DNA from: Dicyema japonicum
Lineage: Eukaryota > Animalia > Dicyemida
Assembly: GCA_011109175.1 (NCBI GenBank)
Contig: RDEW01000062.1
Coordinates: 62,001-126,000 of the forward strand
Length of the DNA: 64,000 nucleotides
Reading direction: 5' to 3'
Made by a program: the position numbers and the translations under genes. The notes beneath the pieces are model-generated. The model was not told where the DNA came from and made no database searches. It was given only the letters and a program-made list of their open reading frames with translations. Below are positions 25,263-39,400 of this stretch, in pieces. Every line of letters begins with the position of its first letter. Position 1 is the first letter of the stretch.

Positions 25263-26280
25263 TTAACAATAAAATATTATTTATTAACTATGGGGAAGAG
25301 CGGCTGCTGACATTACGGAGTAAGCGTTTCCGCGGACAACTGCAATCCCAATTCGTTGCCTCAGTCAGACCGCTTTCCGCACGTCTTTCTTACGGTTCGC
25401 CAATTTCCTCTCGATTTCCTTCAGGACAGAGGATGTGATACTTCCCACAGCACCATACGTCTCGATTGCCACCAGTACAAAACGAAAGCGGTCTCCAATT
25501 TCGCCAGCCAGATCGGCTGCCGGTCCAGTAGACTGCGTCGAGCTGAGTAACATCGAGTTTCGAGAATGAATCCACAACAGTGCAGTCCCATACGAGCGAT
25601 TATCCCTCAGTGAACGGAAAGATAGTTTGCCCATCCGGTCATTTCCCGTCTCCTCGGTCCAATCCCACGGGCTTCAGTATTGCCGGGAAGCTTACATCTT
25701 CAAGAGTACGCACGATAATGTTGTTCATTGCAGCGTGGCGGGGTGCTTTGCCCGCACTCCTTTTGCAAGAAAGCGGATGCTGACCTTTGGCATCAACGAT
25801 CCCTTCACAACGACATTGGTGTTTGACGCAAACATTGGACCAAAAGGCTTCCACTTGAGAGCGATGACTCATATGCTGGAAATCCGATCTCCAGCGCCGA
25901 CCTGAGACCCGTGCCTCCGAGGCGTGTAGGAAACTTGCATTGATTCCATCTCTGTACGTAAAAGTAGAATTTTAGAAGCAATTCGGCTGATTTTCTCAAT
26001 GTCCTATCCAGTGACAGGAGGATGTCACGATGTTTAAAGCAGGGAGAACAACGGAGAGCACATAGGAGTTTGGGCAAGCCGATGCTATTCTTCAAAAGGA
26101 AGAACGCTGTATGACCATCGAGTAAGGAGAGTTTCTCCGTAACTCTGGAGAGTTCATCCTCTTTTGTTAGTAGATGGCTCCGCAGTTCCTTTTCGTCAAG
26201 TGGGCACCCAAGAAAGTATGTCCGCTCCCTGGGTACGACAGTAATTCCAGGTAGTACCGAGTTGAAAGACTCGACCAATT
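25263..26280 (-). mobile_element. CRE-clade RLE non-LTR retrotransposon, 5'-truncated
   Basis: FLGCP, RLGGTGLRS, CRC...HPLSC...RH zinc finger, PVGLDRGDGK.PDG, LVWDCTV and AIETYG motifs. Confidence 0.85.
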
Positions 26281-26329
26281 CTAAATTAAGAAATAAAATA
26301 ATTATTTTTTAATCGTTGAAATATTCTAA

Positions 26330-26950
26330 ATGACAGTGGATATATTAATTAACCAGACAAATATACCTTTCACAAAGAAACTGAAAATCTTGGTGATTAC
26401 CTTCGACACACACATGTCCTTTTCATCTCACGTCGATGGCATCTCTGGAAGCTGCTCAAGAAAGCTAAGGATAATCAAAACTATTTTCGGTGGCATCAAA
26501 ACTCTTTTCCCAGCTTTGAAATTGTTGTACAAATAATTAATTAAGCCAACTGTCAATACCTGTGCTACATGGAAAATCAATCTGTCCTGGACGAACAAAG
26601 AAACGCGACATTCAGGCCTAAACAGCCACTACTATTAGTAATCTCGGAAAACTAGAAAAAACTAATACCCTATCACTTGAAAATTTTATCCGACGAAATG
26701 GAAAGGGATTTTCTACCCTGTGCAGGCAGTGCAACTCTCAACAATACACAGCCACGACGTGTCTTAGGAGAAAAGCATACATCACCCCTCTCCAATTCCT
26801 ATTCCCCAAACCACCCCGCACACAAAGAAGTTGCGTTGGATCCCAGAAGGCGAACGAGGAGAACATAAGAAATCTGATAGAGGCTTTAAAGATCACTTAA
26901 TTAATTTAGTAATTAAATTAACTATTGATGTTCTTGGGTTAATAATAATA
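26330..26950 (+). mobile_element. APE-LINE 3' fragment with (TAA)n tail
   Basis: KILVITFDTHMSFSSHV thumb motif; ends KIT*; TAATAATAATAAT tail. Confidence 0.65.
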
Positions 26951-26959
26951 ATATGGAAA

Positions 26960-27120
26960 TTGATCCTTTATACAATTTGCAAGTCATAAGAAGAGCTGTA
27001 CAAGATTCTCGATTCCGACAGACTCGTCCTCTCCCTTGTCGGTCTGAAATCATTTAGTTAGTTGAGGGCTTTTATCTTTTTTTTTTGATCCAGTGATCCT
27101 GGTGGTAATAATAATAATTA
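26960..27120 (+). mobile_element. LINE 3' end (hairpin + TAA tail)
   Basis: Closely similar to 60170-60305. Confidence 0.7.
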
Positions 27121-27257
27121 TGCAGTATTATTCAGGTTCAAATTAAGTTGTTGACTTATATTAAAAATAAATATACTTTTCAATAAAAATATTCAAATAA
27201 AATATCCGATGGATTATGATTTATGTTAAACATAAATTTTTTTGCACTTTTGAAAAA

Positions 27258-27450
27258 TTTATTAACAATAAAATATTATTTATTAACTATGCAAGAGAGC
27301 GGCTGCTGACATTACGGAGTAAGCGTTTCCGCGGACAACTGCGATACCAATTTGTTGCCTAAAAACTCAGTGGTAAAGCAGCCAGACCGCTTCTTGCACG
27401 TTTTTCTTGCGGTGGGCCAATTTCCCCACGATTTCCTTTAGGAAAGAGGC
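27258..27450 (-). mobile_element. CRE-clade 3' end
   Basis: Near-identical to 25263-25440. Confidence 0.8.
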
Positions 27451-27539
27451 AGTAATACTTTTATTTTTTAAATGATTTTAAAAAATAAATTCTCTTTCTT
27501 AAAAAAAAGTATTTTTATTTGAAAATTGTTATGACAAGT

Positions 27540-28080
27540 CTCTATTATTGCCTGCCTCCCATAATCGTGAGCGCAGCCTTCCGGTTCCCCAAGGTGTCCG
27601 ATTAACCTGATAAACTCAGCTGGAAAATCAACCGGTCCATGAAGTTCTGATACTTCCTCCTTTTCAAATCTTCAGCAGTGCTTGCCATGGAACTCGTGAG
27701 CAACAATGAAATGAACAAATTCCCTTTAGAGAAAGTCTCCTGGACGTTGAATTTCAAGCAAGACACCTCCTTTGGGTCCATTTCATGTTGTCATCACCTC
27801 TGTCAAGACCGACCGATTCTAGAATGAAAACAAACCCGTCGTCCTTGATGTCTCTCAAGACAGTCGTTTTAACATGTTTGACGAGAGAATTTCTCGTAAC
27901 TCCGTCTGCATGAAAGCGGGTGTAGTCCTTTCTTGTCAACCATCCCACCACATCGATGTTATACCCTTCCCTATATGATGGGAACACACAGCTATGTAAA
28001 TCTACACTGCTATGACCAACTGACTACACGGCCATTCGAAATTAAAAGCCGCGTAGCGCCATGAAGTGCTTCGTGGTTAA
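27540..28080 (-). mobile_element. Decayed CRE-clade fragment
   Basis: FILESVGLDRGDD motif. Confidence 0.55.
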
Positions 28081-28129
28081 TTGGAAGAAGTTTCTGTTTG
28101 TTCGTCTGTTCCTCCTCTCTCGTCCTATT

Positions 28130-28355
28130 AGAGTGGCGTCATGTGATCCACCTGTCTAGGTGGCGCCCAGTGCCAGGCCGGCACGAAAAAGGATCATTTG
28201 CTCCATTAAAGGGGTTTCCACAACTGCAAGTATGGACGTCTTTACCCTTTGTGTTGACTCCGGATGGACTCTGTTTCTGTAGAAGTGAAAACTGAATACA
28301 CTTAATTAGTTTTTTACTTTAATTTCTTTCTCGGTGTACCCGGGGTTATTATTAT
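28130..28355 (+). mobile_element. RTE-family 3' end
   Basis: Homologous to 53200-53410 (PLKGFPQL); hairpin and TTA tail. Confidence 0.7.
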
Positions 28356-31300
28356 CGGTGTTATAAATAGTTAAATGTATTTTGCATGGTTTATCTTTTT
28401 AGTAGCTAAAAAGATGATGGAATATACAAAGCAGCGATTCCTCGCCTTTAATGTATGCTAACTGGCACGGGTGTATGTGAATAACAGATCCCAAAGCCAT
28501 CATTAGCAAATAAAAAAATCAAACAACACGAGAATCGACAAAACGTGATATTGAATAATTCTATTAAATAGGTAAACCAATAAAAATAAATTTAAATTAA
28601 ATTAATCTAAACAAAGAATAAAATAACTAATTAAAATATGAGGTTTTATCGGTTTCCACGCACAAGCAAAAATAAAAAAAACGAGAAGTCAAGAACATTC
28701 TCAATGCCTTGGATGAATGTATCATGACCGCTCTTCTTAAATAAGGCGTGAGTTCTGCCTAAGCTGAGGTTTATTTTACTACTCCTAGCATGGCTGTATC
28801 TATTCTAAATTCCCCGAATTAACAAAAAAAAACTAAATTTATTTGAGGAAAAAGTTACCCATACGATGTAACCCCCACTAGTTCCTCTGTAGAAATTCGA
28901 GGAAAAATTTCAAGAATGCGGTGGGATCGCTGGTGGATAGCTCGAAAAGAGTCTTGGGGTTACTTGAAGTTTTATCACTTAATTTGTTGCTTCTGACATC
29001 TTCCTTCTTGAATGTTAAATTTCATAATTTTTCAATAATTTGGTTATAATTTTTCCTTTTAATAAAAAACGCAGATATTTGTTTTAAGATAATCTAAAAG
29101 AAATCCCGATTCTTTCAACACGGATTCTTCAGAATCTGAAATTACTTTTGGAATACCGGAGAGGTGGATGGCATTTCTGGTATCAGAGAATTTGTCAATT
29201 CCGCGAATTGAGTCAGGCTGAGTATATTGTGTAATACTTTCATAACGTCTACCAATGAATTGGAAGTTTATTACTGTTTTTTAAATTTACTAGACATAAC
29301 TATTAAACTCATGATTTGCAAGAAACTCAGAGTCCATGAGATAACATAAGACATAAAAGCGTCGATAAAATTGAATTTTACAGCAAATTACTATACGCAG
29401 CGGAATAGACTCTATGGGACCACTAACTAACAATCGAGGAGTATGGAAGTGTTTAAAATTTTGGCTGAGCTACACGTGTTCTTTGTTAAGAATTTATGAA
29501 TTCTGATGTCTCTTGAATCTTACTTCATCCAAACTCATGAGATAGAACAAGACAAAGGTTCTTATGCTTCATTGGCCATCAGGGGAAAGAGTTAACAGAT
29601 TTATAAACTTTCAATTAATTAACGCACTCCTGAATATCTGAAGAACTCACTGATCACGTCAATTTTGAAGACTAAAAACTCTAATGATGATCATCTGCCT
29701 ATCCCCTGTTTCCATAATTTGCATTATGTGAAAATACTGGAGAGTGTTGTCTTCATACTGATCTCCCCTGCTCTGCAATATCTGGGTCATGGCTTTAGAT
29801 CAGGGCTATCTACCACGACTCACTTTGGATCTGTTTCCCAGTTTATAAACCTTACGGACGACTCTAGTATTATAACATACAGAAGATCTTCAAACAGACC
29901 CATCGTTTAATAGGATAACTAGGCACCTGTGCACGCTCGAGGGTCTGTCGCGAGCTTCGATTATTTGAAAAAAGACGCTGAGTCTCTTCTGGGACCTCCA
30001 CAGCTTGAACTTGTTGGATATGTGTTCTCAATTCAGTTAACCGACCGCTATGCTGTTCTGCTGATTCTTCATCCCGCATTTGTTGGCTTGTGATCTCAAT
30101 TTGGTTTACCGACGACTACTCTGCTGTTATCCAGATTTTTCAGCCCGCATTTGTTGTACGTGTTGAAGTGCTAAGAGATTTGAAATAAGTCTTTTAATAT
30201 TGCATTTGTAAGAAGAGTGTTTAAATAAGCAGTTTAAAAAATACAAGATTTGATTATTTTGCCCACGTGCGGTGTCTCTATTGTTTCCCGTCTCCGGGAT
30301 CTCTGGGATCTTGTATTAGTGCCTAGAAATGATTAAAGTTGAAAGTTTTTGAAATTAGCATTTAAGGTCACGCCACTTGACAGGATAATATTGATCGAAA
30401 TTTTCAGAAACTCAAATTCTTCATATCTGGTTCACTCACTTTTTCGGCAATGTTTTTATTTGTTCAAAACTTTTTTTAATTAAAATCCGTCCTTTTATCC
30501 GCAAGGTTTTGTGGCACATACGACATTGCAATGACTCGACATGAAAGTGGGAGCAGCCTTTATTGATAATGCTCTTCTTAATAATCGCCAGCTTCCTGCA
30601 TTTAGCGACGCTGGGATCTACAATTTTATTTAACGGAACTCACATTAAAGTAACCTTGAGATCCAACCTCAAACTTGATTTCATCCGAAAAATGTTATTT
30701 AATTCTCCTCAAGCGACGAGTCCTTCTACCACAACACAGTAGTTGAAATGGATCTTTCTACTTCTCACTGACCAAATCCACTGAGAAGATTACAATTACG
30801 CTTCCGCCGAATCTGTCTATGTAATACATTTTTGCGTATTAATCTTAATGTCTTCCTATGAATTTGTGAATTTTATTCTGGATGAAGTAACTAAGAATGT
30901 AACTAACTAATGCATCTTTAACCACTCTTTAGAAAAGATACTGGAGAACCACTTTTCAGTAAGGATACTGGAAAGTAGGAATAGGATTGACATCAGTCAC
31001 TTATTTCAAGAGTTCCAAATGGAGAATAATGGGGTTTCCGTCTCAATACTTCCATCAAGCAGCACTCCTGTGGTTCACCGTGGAGGAATCCACAACGGAA
31101 TTCTCAGTGGAGTTGCCTGCTACATTATAACCCCAAATCGGAAATCAGGCGGCTTCTAGTCTCCATCAATAATTCCGTTGATGGTTCTATGCCTCGGACT
31201 TTTCCCAAGACCTTCCTTCCGCATCTGAAGCAGTGGGCCACGAAAACATCCATTTCAAGGCGGACTTAGACCCCCCCTATTCTCTAGGATTGTAGCCTAT

Positions 31301-31759
31301 TAGCGGCCCAAGGGATGGAAAGCTATAGGCCAAGCACTGTTTTCAATGCATGCAATATGATGCCGATCAATTTCTTGTTAAGTTTTTAAATCACAACAGT
31401 TCATCCCAGTTTCTTTGTTTATCAGCATTCTTCGAGGATCTAAAAATAGACGCGTCTAAATTACCCGACCCATGTATACAACTGGTTCAGCTTGCGATTC
31501 GATTATGTGGGGTAGGAAGTTAATTTTTACTTTTTCCAAATATGCCATGATGTTAAGTTTCATCATACAGTCAAAGGGTAGGAAGGATGAATTAATTCAT
31601 AATTTTTGTTAAATATATTTGAGCGGATCGCTGGTAAACTAAACAAAGTCCTCCGTGGGCACTAGTGGGCCGTGTGTAAACTGAAGTGAGCTGCTAGTAA
31701 TTTTTAAAAATTATTGAGTAATTTGCTTAAATATTTTGTATTGTTAAAACAAAAGAAAG

Positions 31760-32090
31760 TCATACAACGGCCTCCCTGACTGAGTGGCTATTCCCTCTCA
31801 TGAAGGCGAGCAAGATTCGCTAAAATAGCCAGCAGTGCTCACATGGATCTCTTGTTCTTTTAAAAATCCGATTTCTTAGGAGACTCGGATTCCAGCGTTG
31901 CAGGCGTAAGGGAATCAGACATTTCAACCGCGAGCGGAACAAACAAAAAATCTCGCGTAGGACCGCGTTCTTTGCCCGTTTTGACCTCTCGGTTTTCTCA
32001 GCGGAAGAGCAGGCTTAAATACACTCTGATGTAGGTTGCAAGGGCAAATGTGTCCGTGCAGGTAATTTCCCAGACAAGAGGTTCCTGGCT
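31760..32090 (-). mobile_element. CRE-clade 3' fragment
   Basis: LVWEITCTDTFA and AFMRGNSHSV motifs. Confidence 0.7.
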
Positions 32091-32155
32091 TCAATAATTT
32101 TTTACCAAAATATCTAAATTAAAAAAAACCTTATAAATGATTTAAATAACTAAAA

Positions 32156-34286
32156 TGACAGGCATCCCAAATAGATCTATAGTCACCTCTCAATATCGAG
32201 ATACTATATTATTAGAAAAGTGTTTTTATTTTAAGATCTTCCTTCCATATTCTTTTTAGGTATTCTATGTTTTTAATAATGTTCCAAAAATTTCTAAATT
32301 AAGGGAAAACTAAAAATATATATAAACAATAAAAAAAGTTGCGTTATACCCTGAATGCACACAACTTTGCTTATAAAACATTTTCTACTACTAATTATTA
32401 ATATTTATACTAAAAAACCAACTCGAATACAGAGAATGCAATGAAAAATACGACGGATTTTGTTTGCATTCAATGCTCGACAAAAATCCAAATTTATCAG
32501 TAAAATATAAGTTTAAATAGATTAATATTTACATCTCTGAATCCAGTCACATCAGCAAGAAAATGAAACTTTTGTATCTTATCAGGGATTTTAACTTTTC
32601 TTCTTCATTCGAAGAGTTGCAATATAATTCATATTTAGACAAATCTTTGTTAAGCTACCTTTGAGCACACGGATGAACAACACGTTGTATGCACACGTGT
32701 TTCTTCTTTTCTCTGGAAAAAGTCCACTGAGCTCTGTTCCATTGGACTACTCGTCTCTTCCTTTGACGTATCACGCACTTCCTAACCCCGTAGAGTATCG
32801 AATGCTGTTTACGTTTGCTTCATTATATAATTGAGACCAAAAAAGCTTTATCAAATGGAAAGTGTAGACTTTTCAAAACCCTACATTCACTGGAACTCTT
32901 TGATCACACTAAACTTCCTTGAACGGACATCTCTCCATCCTTCAATTCCAATTGAAATATCAGATATTATTTGGTTGAATGGAAAAGACGAATATCGCCC
33001 TATTTTGTATATTGATGATGGAATGGAGTCTCAAATTGGATTTGTATACATTTTTTTAAATTTATAGCTTATTCGTCCAGAATATAGATATTTGCCAATA
33101 ACAATAAAATTTTCTCCAATTTCGGTCTCTTCACTTATTTTTAAAGTGCGATTGAAAAATCTTATTTATTTCCTTCAGGAAAAAGGTAAAAAAATTTATG
33201 ATTGTAAAGTTTCTAAAAACATAATTAACGAAATTTATAAAAATTACAATTATGAAAATTATAAAAATTTTATTTGGACTATATTGATGCTTTCAGTTCA
33301 GGTAATTTTTTTAAATTAGATAATTCTTAATGAATGGATAATGATTTTCGAGTTGGAATTTTGGAATAGTTCGGAATTTATTGAGAAACCGTCGACTTCT
33401 TCAAGTTGTTTAAAATGATGACTTTTAGTTCAACTGTGGACTTTAAATTTTATTATCATCGCTTTTTGGACATGGGAACAAGGAAACTCAAATTTAATAT
33501 TGATTTTTGAGTTGCTTCCATTCGTTTGGCATCTATATAAAGTTTTTTAATTTATAATTTCAGTTTTTTAAAGCTTCTCGGAATATTTCTTTTCTCGAAA
33601 TCATAAAAAGTACAATACCGTCTTTCGACATTTTTGGAACAATATTTCGATTCTTCAACAAACGAGTCCCTCGAAAAATTAATCTGCCAACAGAGCAGTA
33701 CAGGAATAAAGTTTTTATATCTAATTTATTGTAGTTCCTTAACCGAATGTTTGTACTTTTCTCTCCAATAGTTATTGCCTTCGATATAGTTTTGCTGCGT
33801 ATAATACCGTTCACGAGGTATATTTTGAGTTACATTGCTTAGCTGGACAAGTTGGATTTTTCTGACCATTTTCCACTGTAAGAGTTTTGTTTGATTATTT
33901 TTAGTAATTAGTTTATATACAGACTTGCTCACTTGGACTCCTCTTATCATAAACTTCAAAGTAATCTATTTTTTGAAAATAGCTCAAATCGGTCGGGCCT
34001 ATTCCGTGGGTTTCAGTGATAATCAAAGTTTACTTTGAACCAATAAATTTAGGCAATAAATTCGATCGTGATGATTTTCGTATTTAAGATTCCTTTAACT
34101 TATGGAATTTTTATAATGTCCGATATTTTCATACTGTTAGTACATATTATTCAAAGATGGTTTGATTTGTTACTAATATTAGCAATTATCCGTTTAAAAA
34201 GGACCGCCAATCTCAATTTATTACACAAATCAGAGAAGGACTATACAAGATTACAGTTCCAGACTTTTCCAAAGGCGACAAACTAA
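32156..34286 (+). CDS. CLPTM1/CLPTM1L-family membrane protein, multi-exon
   Basis: TRMNNTLYAHVFL, PYIHW...YRPILYIDD, LPITIKFSPIS and PLIINFK.LKSVGPIPW match CLPTM1L motifs. Ends are approximate. Confidence 0.75.
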
Positions 34287-34444
34287 TATTCGCTTTTGTT
34301 GGAATGGGAATTTTTTACAGATTATATATTAATACTATTAATTAATATTTATTTGTTTGTTATATAACTTTTTACCATTTTTAAATTTTGCATGTGCTTT
34401 TTAAGTAAAAATTTTATTAATGACAAAATAAAATGAACAAATGT

Positions 34445-34510
34445 TCAAACATGGCCCCTCTCAGGATAACGATCGAGATTCGCTCAGATAACCAGCAGCG
34501 CTTCCGTGCT
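34445..34510 (-). mobile_element. CRE-clade 3' tip
   Basis: Similar to the ERISxxILRG ends of the other copies. Confidence 0.55.
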
Positions 34511-34689
34511 TTTGTGGTTTGATTAGTTTTTTTTGAAATTGGTATCATAGCGATGCATTCCGCTTCCGTCATATTCTGTTAGCTCACGTGGAAGGCTTTA
34601 TCTTTTTTTGACTAATTATCTGTTTATGTTCAGATAAAGGATATTTATTTGCTACTTTTGGTTAATATTCGAATTTTCCTGATTCAACT

Positions 34690-34772
34690 CACTTGTCGGT
34701 ATGGGATCATTTGGTTAGTTGAGAACTGTTACTTCTTTCTCTTTGACCCAGTCATCCTAGGGTAATAATAAC
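34690..34772 (+). mobile_element. LINE 3' hairpin + TAA tail
   Basis: GGGATCATTTGGTTAGTT...GACCCAGTCATCCT followed by a TAA repeat tail. Confidence 0.65.
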
Positions 34773-35639
34773 TATTTGGTGAGAAATGCATCAAATTTTA
34801 AATATTCATTTTGAAGTTTATTTAATGAATTTATTATCAATATCTTTCAAGAAGTCGGAACTGGTCAACGTCTCTTGTTCAACCTCATATTTCTCAGCTG
34901 ACACTTCTATGGACAGGGTACAGTCTCTGAGATGCAGAGTTAGAAAACCATCCTCGCAACAAAGAAAAAGTAGAAGAGAATATCCTCCTTGGGTTCACGT
35001 TCCTTTCTTGCTCTAGAAATGAATTACTATGTCGAAGGTGATGTACTTCCTGAGAAGCTCACCTTGTTTTGAGTACTGGAGCGCAATACCTTGAGACAGT
35101 CGGCGAAGTCAATACTAAACGTCAAGTTTGATGAACTGGGATGGACAATGTGCAAATGCCTTTGAAAAGGGAGGTCATTGGACTAACAGTAGTCGCTTGA
35201 TCCAAGAAGGTAATCTCGCTATCCCGCAGAGAGTAAATCTCTTTAATTTCTTCATTAAGTCTGTTCTTAAAAAAGTGTAAACTCTTATTTTCACAACTTT
35301 ATTCATCACAAAATATTTAATAAATGTTTTTGACTTTCATTTTGAGCCCAAACTCCCTTCAAAAGTGAAATTTTATTTACGAAATGATAAATAACTAAAA
35401 TTATTTTATGAGCAATTATCAGTTAATATATGTCAATTATGTAATTAACATAAATTTTATATTTCCTGTTTTTAATGTATAATTTTTTTAAATTCCAAAG
35501 TGATGATTTCCACTAAAATATAAATCAAAAATGATTTCCATCAAAATTCTACGATTTATTTTCAACACAAATTTTAGACCGAATGTAGTTTATTTAATAA
35601 ATTTATTTTTTCCATAAAAATATTATTAGAATAAAATAA

Positions 35640-35795
35640 TTAAATTAATCGAACTTGAATCTCCAGGCTGTTTCCTCTGACAATACCTATCGAGATACGC
35701 TCACGAAGCCATCCAGTCTCACGTGGATCCTGGGTGATCCTTTGGACCGATCTAACTGACCAGATCGTCCGCTTGTGGGCCAAGGATTCCTGACG
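35640..35795 (-). mobile_element. CRE-clade 3' fragment
   Basis: TQDPRETGWLRERISIGIVRGNSLEI. Confidence 0.7.
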
Positions 35796-36266
35796 TATCA
35801 ATAATTTTATCATAATAATTTTCTTTATTTTTTTAATTTGATTATATTAATGAAATCCTTATTAACTCATTTGACCCAATAGCTAATGAGGTATTCTCGC
35901 CATGTGGGCATCAGATAACCTAGCAAATAATGCCCTTACCCATATTTATGACAGTTTATTGATTTTATTGCCGTGAAAATAAAATATAAAAACAAATCAA
36001 AATTAAAAATTGGATTGATTAAAATAAATAATGATAAATGACGATAATAAAGTATTTCACTTGAAATAATTATTTTAAGGAAAATGTTAAACCCACACAA
36101 AAATATTCAAAAAATCCAATTTCTCTAAAAAGAAAAAAGAAAATAGAATTTTTCATGAAAAATGCTATTTATGTTGTAAGTGTTTATAATATATTTTTAT
36201 ATCTCCTATTTTATTAAAAATAATTTTTTTAAATACTTTGATGTTTTACTAATTAAATCAAAACAG

Positions 36267-36443
36267 GTGTGCAACGATGAAAAAGACGATTTAATTAAAT
36301 GCCCTTTATGTGTTTACAAAACGCCAATTAATGAACAAAGTCGAATGACAATGTGTAAAGTGTGTGGACACAGATTTTGTCAATATTGCTCATGTGCTAA
36401 TCATTATTATAAAAGAATGAATTCATGTCCTACTATGATTTAA
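36267..36443 (+). CDS. IBR (in-between-RING) domain exon of an RBR ligase-like gene or pseudogene
   Basis: CPLC-x11-CKVC-x4-CQYC-x4-H-x7-C pattern after a CAG acceptor; a PCGH remnant lies near 35900. Confidence 0.5.
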   Translation: MCNDEKDDLIKCPLCVYKTPINEQSRMTMCKVCGHRFCQYCSCANHYYKRMNSCPTMI

Positions 36444-36499
36444 TCTTTAAAATTAATATATTACTTCTCATACTTATTTTTTAGTGGAGTTATAGGTGT

Positions 36500-39400
36500 T
36501 TTAGTGGAACAATAAGTGTATAATGAAATGAACCTTACCTGGATAAGACACAAACTTTATTTTTAAAAAATAGTTATGATAATAATTCGAGTGACTAATT
36601 AACAAACTTTTTAAAGGCATTATTAGTGTTGTGACTTGACATTTTTCCTGCAGAAAGAATTGAATGTATGTTTCCCCTGATAATTTCCAGAGAAATTTTT
36701 TTGGAACAGGAATTTCATATCCTGATTGATCTCTGGTCACTTCAAAATCATAGACCCGAGTGATCCTAAGAATGAGACCATCTTGTACTTGAAGACTTCA
36801 GTCGTCTCGCCAATAGTGAAGTGCGCATGGAATCTACTGGAGATTGTGTAGAAGGTTAAAATGTGATTAACTGGACAAAATGTCTACCAATCTTCAAAAT
36901 TATAATGATGTACTTAAACCAGTTTTTAGAGTGTATGAACAATAAGGTAATTTTTTGGAGCAAACCGGTGTGAGATTTCATAAATGAAAAATGATGTGGT
37001 TAATATATATTAAGCACATAATTTGATCCTGAGTTGAGAGAGATCCTTCCTTCAGAACTAATATATGTATTCTGTTGTGTTTCTTTAAATACATATGGTA
37101 AGTGATTATTCTCCGCAAATAGGACTTATAAATTCAAGATTTAAATGGTTAACAAGCAAATTAAAACAAAGAAAATTACTTATAGGTAACAGTATGCCTA
37201 AACTTTTTAAAGGTGGTCAATGGAATTCCGTAGGATGTTTGGGTAGCATGAACAATACAACGTAACATATCCCTATCGCAGTTATGTAACGCGTCCAAAC
37301 AGTCATCAACAACATCAGAGATACTAGAAAACAATTACAAATGAATAAACTCAAAATCTCCGTACACTGATTCAATATAGAAGAAGTCAAAGAATTCATC
37401 CTCGTCCGGCGCAAATCTGAGAAAAAGTTCGATTGCAGAAAGTTTCTCTTGGTTTATGAAAAGCAAAACAATCCTAAAATAACCAATAAGGTCACTCATT
37501 ATCAGAATTAACTTTCACGTCATAGTCGGCACTGATATCTACTAAATCACACAGGATGTTGACAGAGAAAATAGAGTAGAAACAAACTTGTTTAAAATAC
37601 TAAGATAAATTGAGAAAACAACTTTCCTTAGATCAACCAATCGCTGAGGTTTAGGCAGAGCCTCACAAGCGAGTTTTAAAATATTCGTCGTGAAAATATC
37701 CAAATCAATAGGTTTATAATCTAAAATATTAATTTCCGAAACCTGGTTGATACAAAAACTCAATATTACAAATTTCAGAATTTTCATCGTGAATTGAGCC
37801 TTTCAGCTCAACCAAAAAAGCCAATCGAGATTCAAAAAGTAGTATTCTGAAAGAACTATCTTTAATATCAAAAATTGCAGAATTTGTAAGACTAAATTAC
37901 AAAAAAATCAAACTCAGTAAAAAGTTGTATTTTCTTGAGAGTTTTTTCCTTGTAATGAGGATCGAGTAATTCAGCATTTTTAGCAATCAACTTATTTCGG
38001 TCCTCAACCTTTTTTGTCAGTTCTTTCACTTCGCATTCGAGTTCATAAATATTTCTAAATCATAAATTAAAATTCACTTTTCACACTCCTGGTTACGGTG
38101 ATTCATCTCATTAATTTCTGATAGTAATAAAAATCTAAACCGTCTAACTTTACCAAAGTTTTTTTCTCATATTCAGCAATCTGTCGCTGAACTAAATGTA
38201 AGAGAAAATACTAGCCTTCATTTTCTTTTTCCAAATATATTCGTTCATATTCATCGGCCAATTTACAATACTCTTTCTAAATAATAAATTAATATATAAA
38301 ACAAATGGTAAAGTATAAACTAAACATATTGAAACAATAAATCTATGAAATAATGATAAAATTAAAGTTTTCATCAAAGTACCCAAGATTAAAGTGATTA
38401 ATCAATTTAGGAAAAAACATAAAAGTAAATATGTCAACCATTTAGAATTGAAAATATGGTTTCAATGTAATAACAAATCATTAAATAATTTAACGAATTA
38501 AAGTTAATCATAAAATTAAGTAGTTTTCAAAAGTATAAAAATTAATCCTAAAAAATAATAATAACAATATAAATAAAATCTGGATGGAAAATTTGTATAT
38601 AAAAATATAAACCAATAAATTTGAAATTATATAATTAACATAAAATAAAATCATAATTTAATAGAATGCATACTAACGAATTTATTAAAGCACATGTCGG
38701 ATAATTCCATGTTCATTTTCTCTTTTAATAATCTTTTCACAAAAAATTGCGAGCAGTCTTTGTATAGTTTTTCAAATAATTTTTTGAGCTTTTCCTATTA
38801 AATGATGAAAGCATAAAAACCATCGATAAACATCCATACGTAGAACACAATTTCTCAACGCTTATCGAGTCAACTTTTTCATTAAAAGCCCTAAAGTTAA
38901 ATTACAAGACTACAAATCCTCCTCCAAATTTGTAGGATATTTGTTATTTTGCAAAAAGTAAGCAAATCGATCGACAAATTCATTCTAAGTAATCACAAAA
39001 AACCAACTTCGACTTTAGTTACATCACCGACAAGCTGTTTTTCGATAGTTTTCAGCTTAAAATACTCCACCAAATATTTGGGGGAAACAAAGTCACCCTT
39101 TCTGACTAACTCCTTCCAAAATTCAGCACTCTCTGTTTTGGCTTCCTTTTCAAGATAAAAATTCTCACATTTTCGTTGGTTTACAAATTCTGATAAATAA
39201 ACAATAAATAATACCTTTTACTGCTATTTTAGCTTCTTTTTTGGATTCGCTCACAATCTGAGAAACTTTCAACTTTCCTGATAAAATTCCTTGTATAATG
39301 ATTAGACATTACCATCAATGTAGTTGTCTATATTAGCAGACTGCTCCATTATACTCTTAGGAAAGGTTGAATAATCTAAAATACTACTACCCACCAACCT

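Noticed and set aside
29500-30200. LTR gag remnant
   Set aside because: GC-richer with broken ORFs, but no diagnostic motif or LTR was recognised.
37217-37414. C-terminal transmembrane/KASH-like ORF
   Set aside because: No PPPX end, and another frame with a 27-nt intron gives a more plausible exon.
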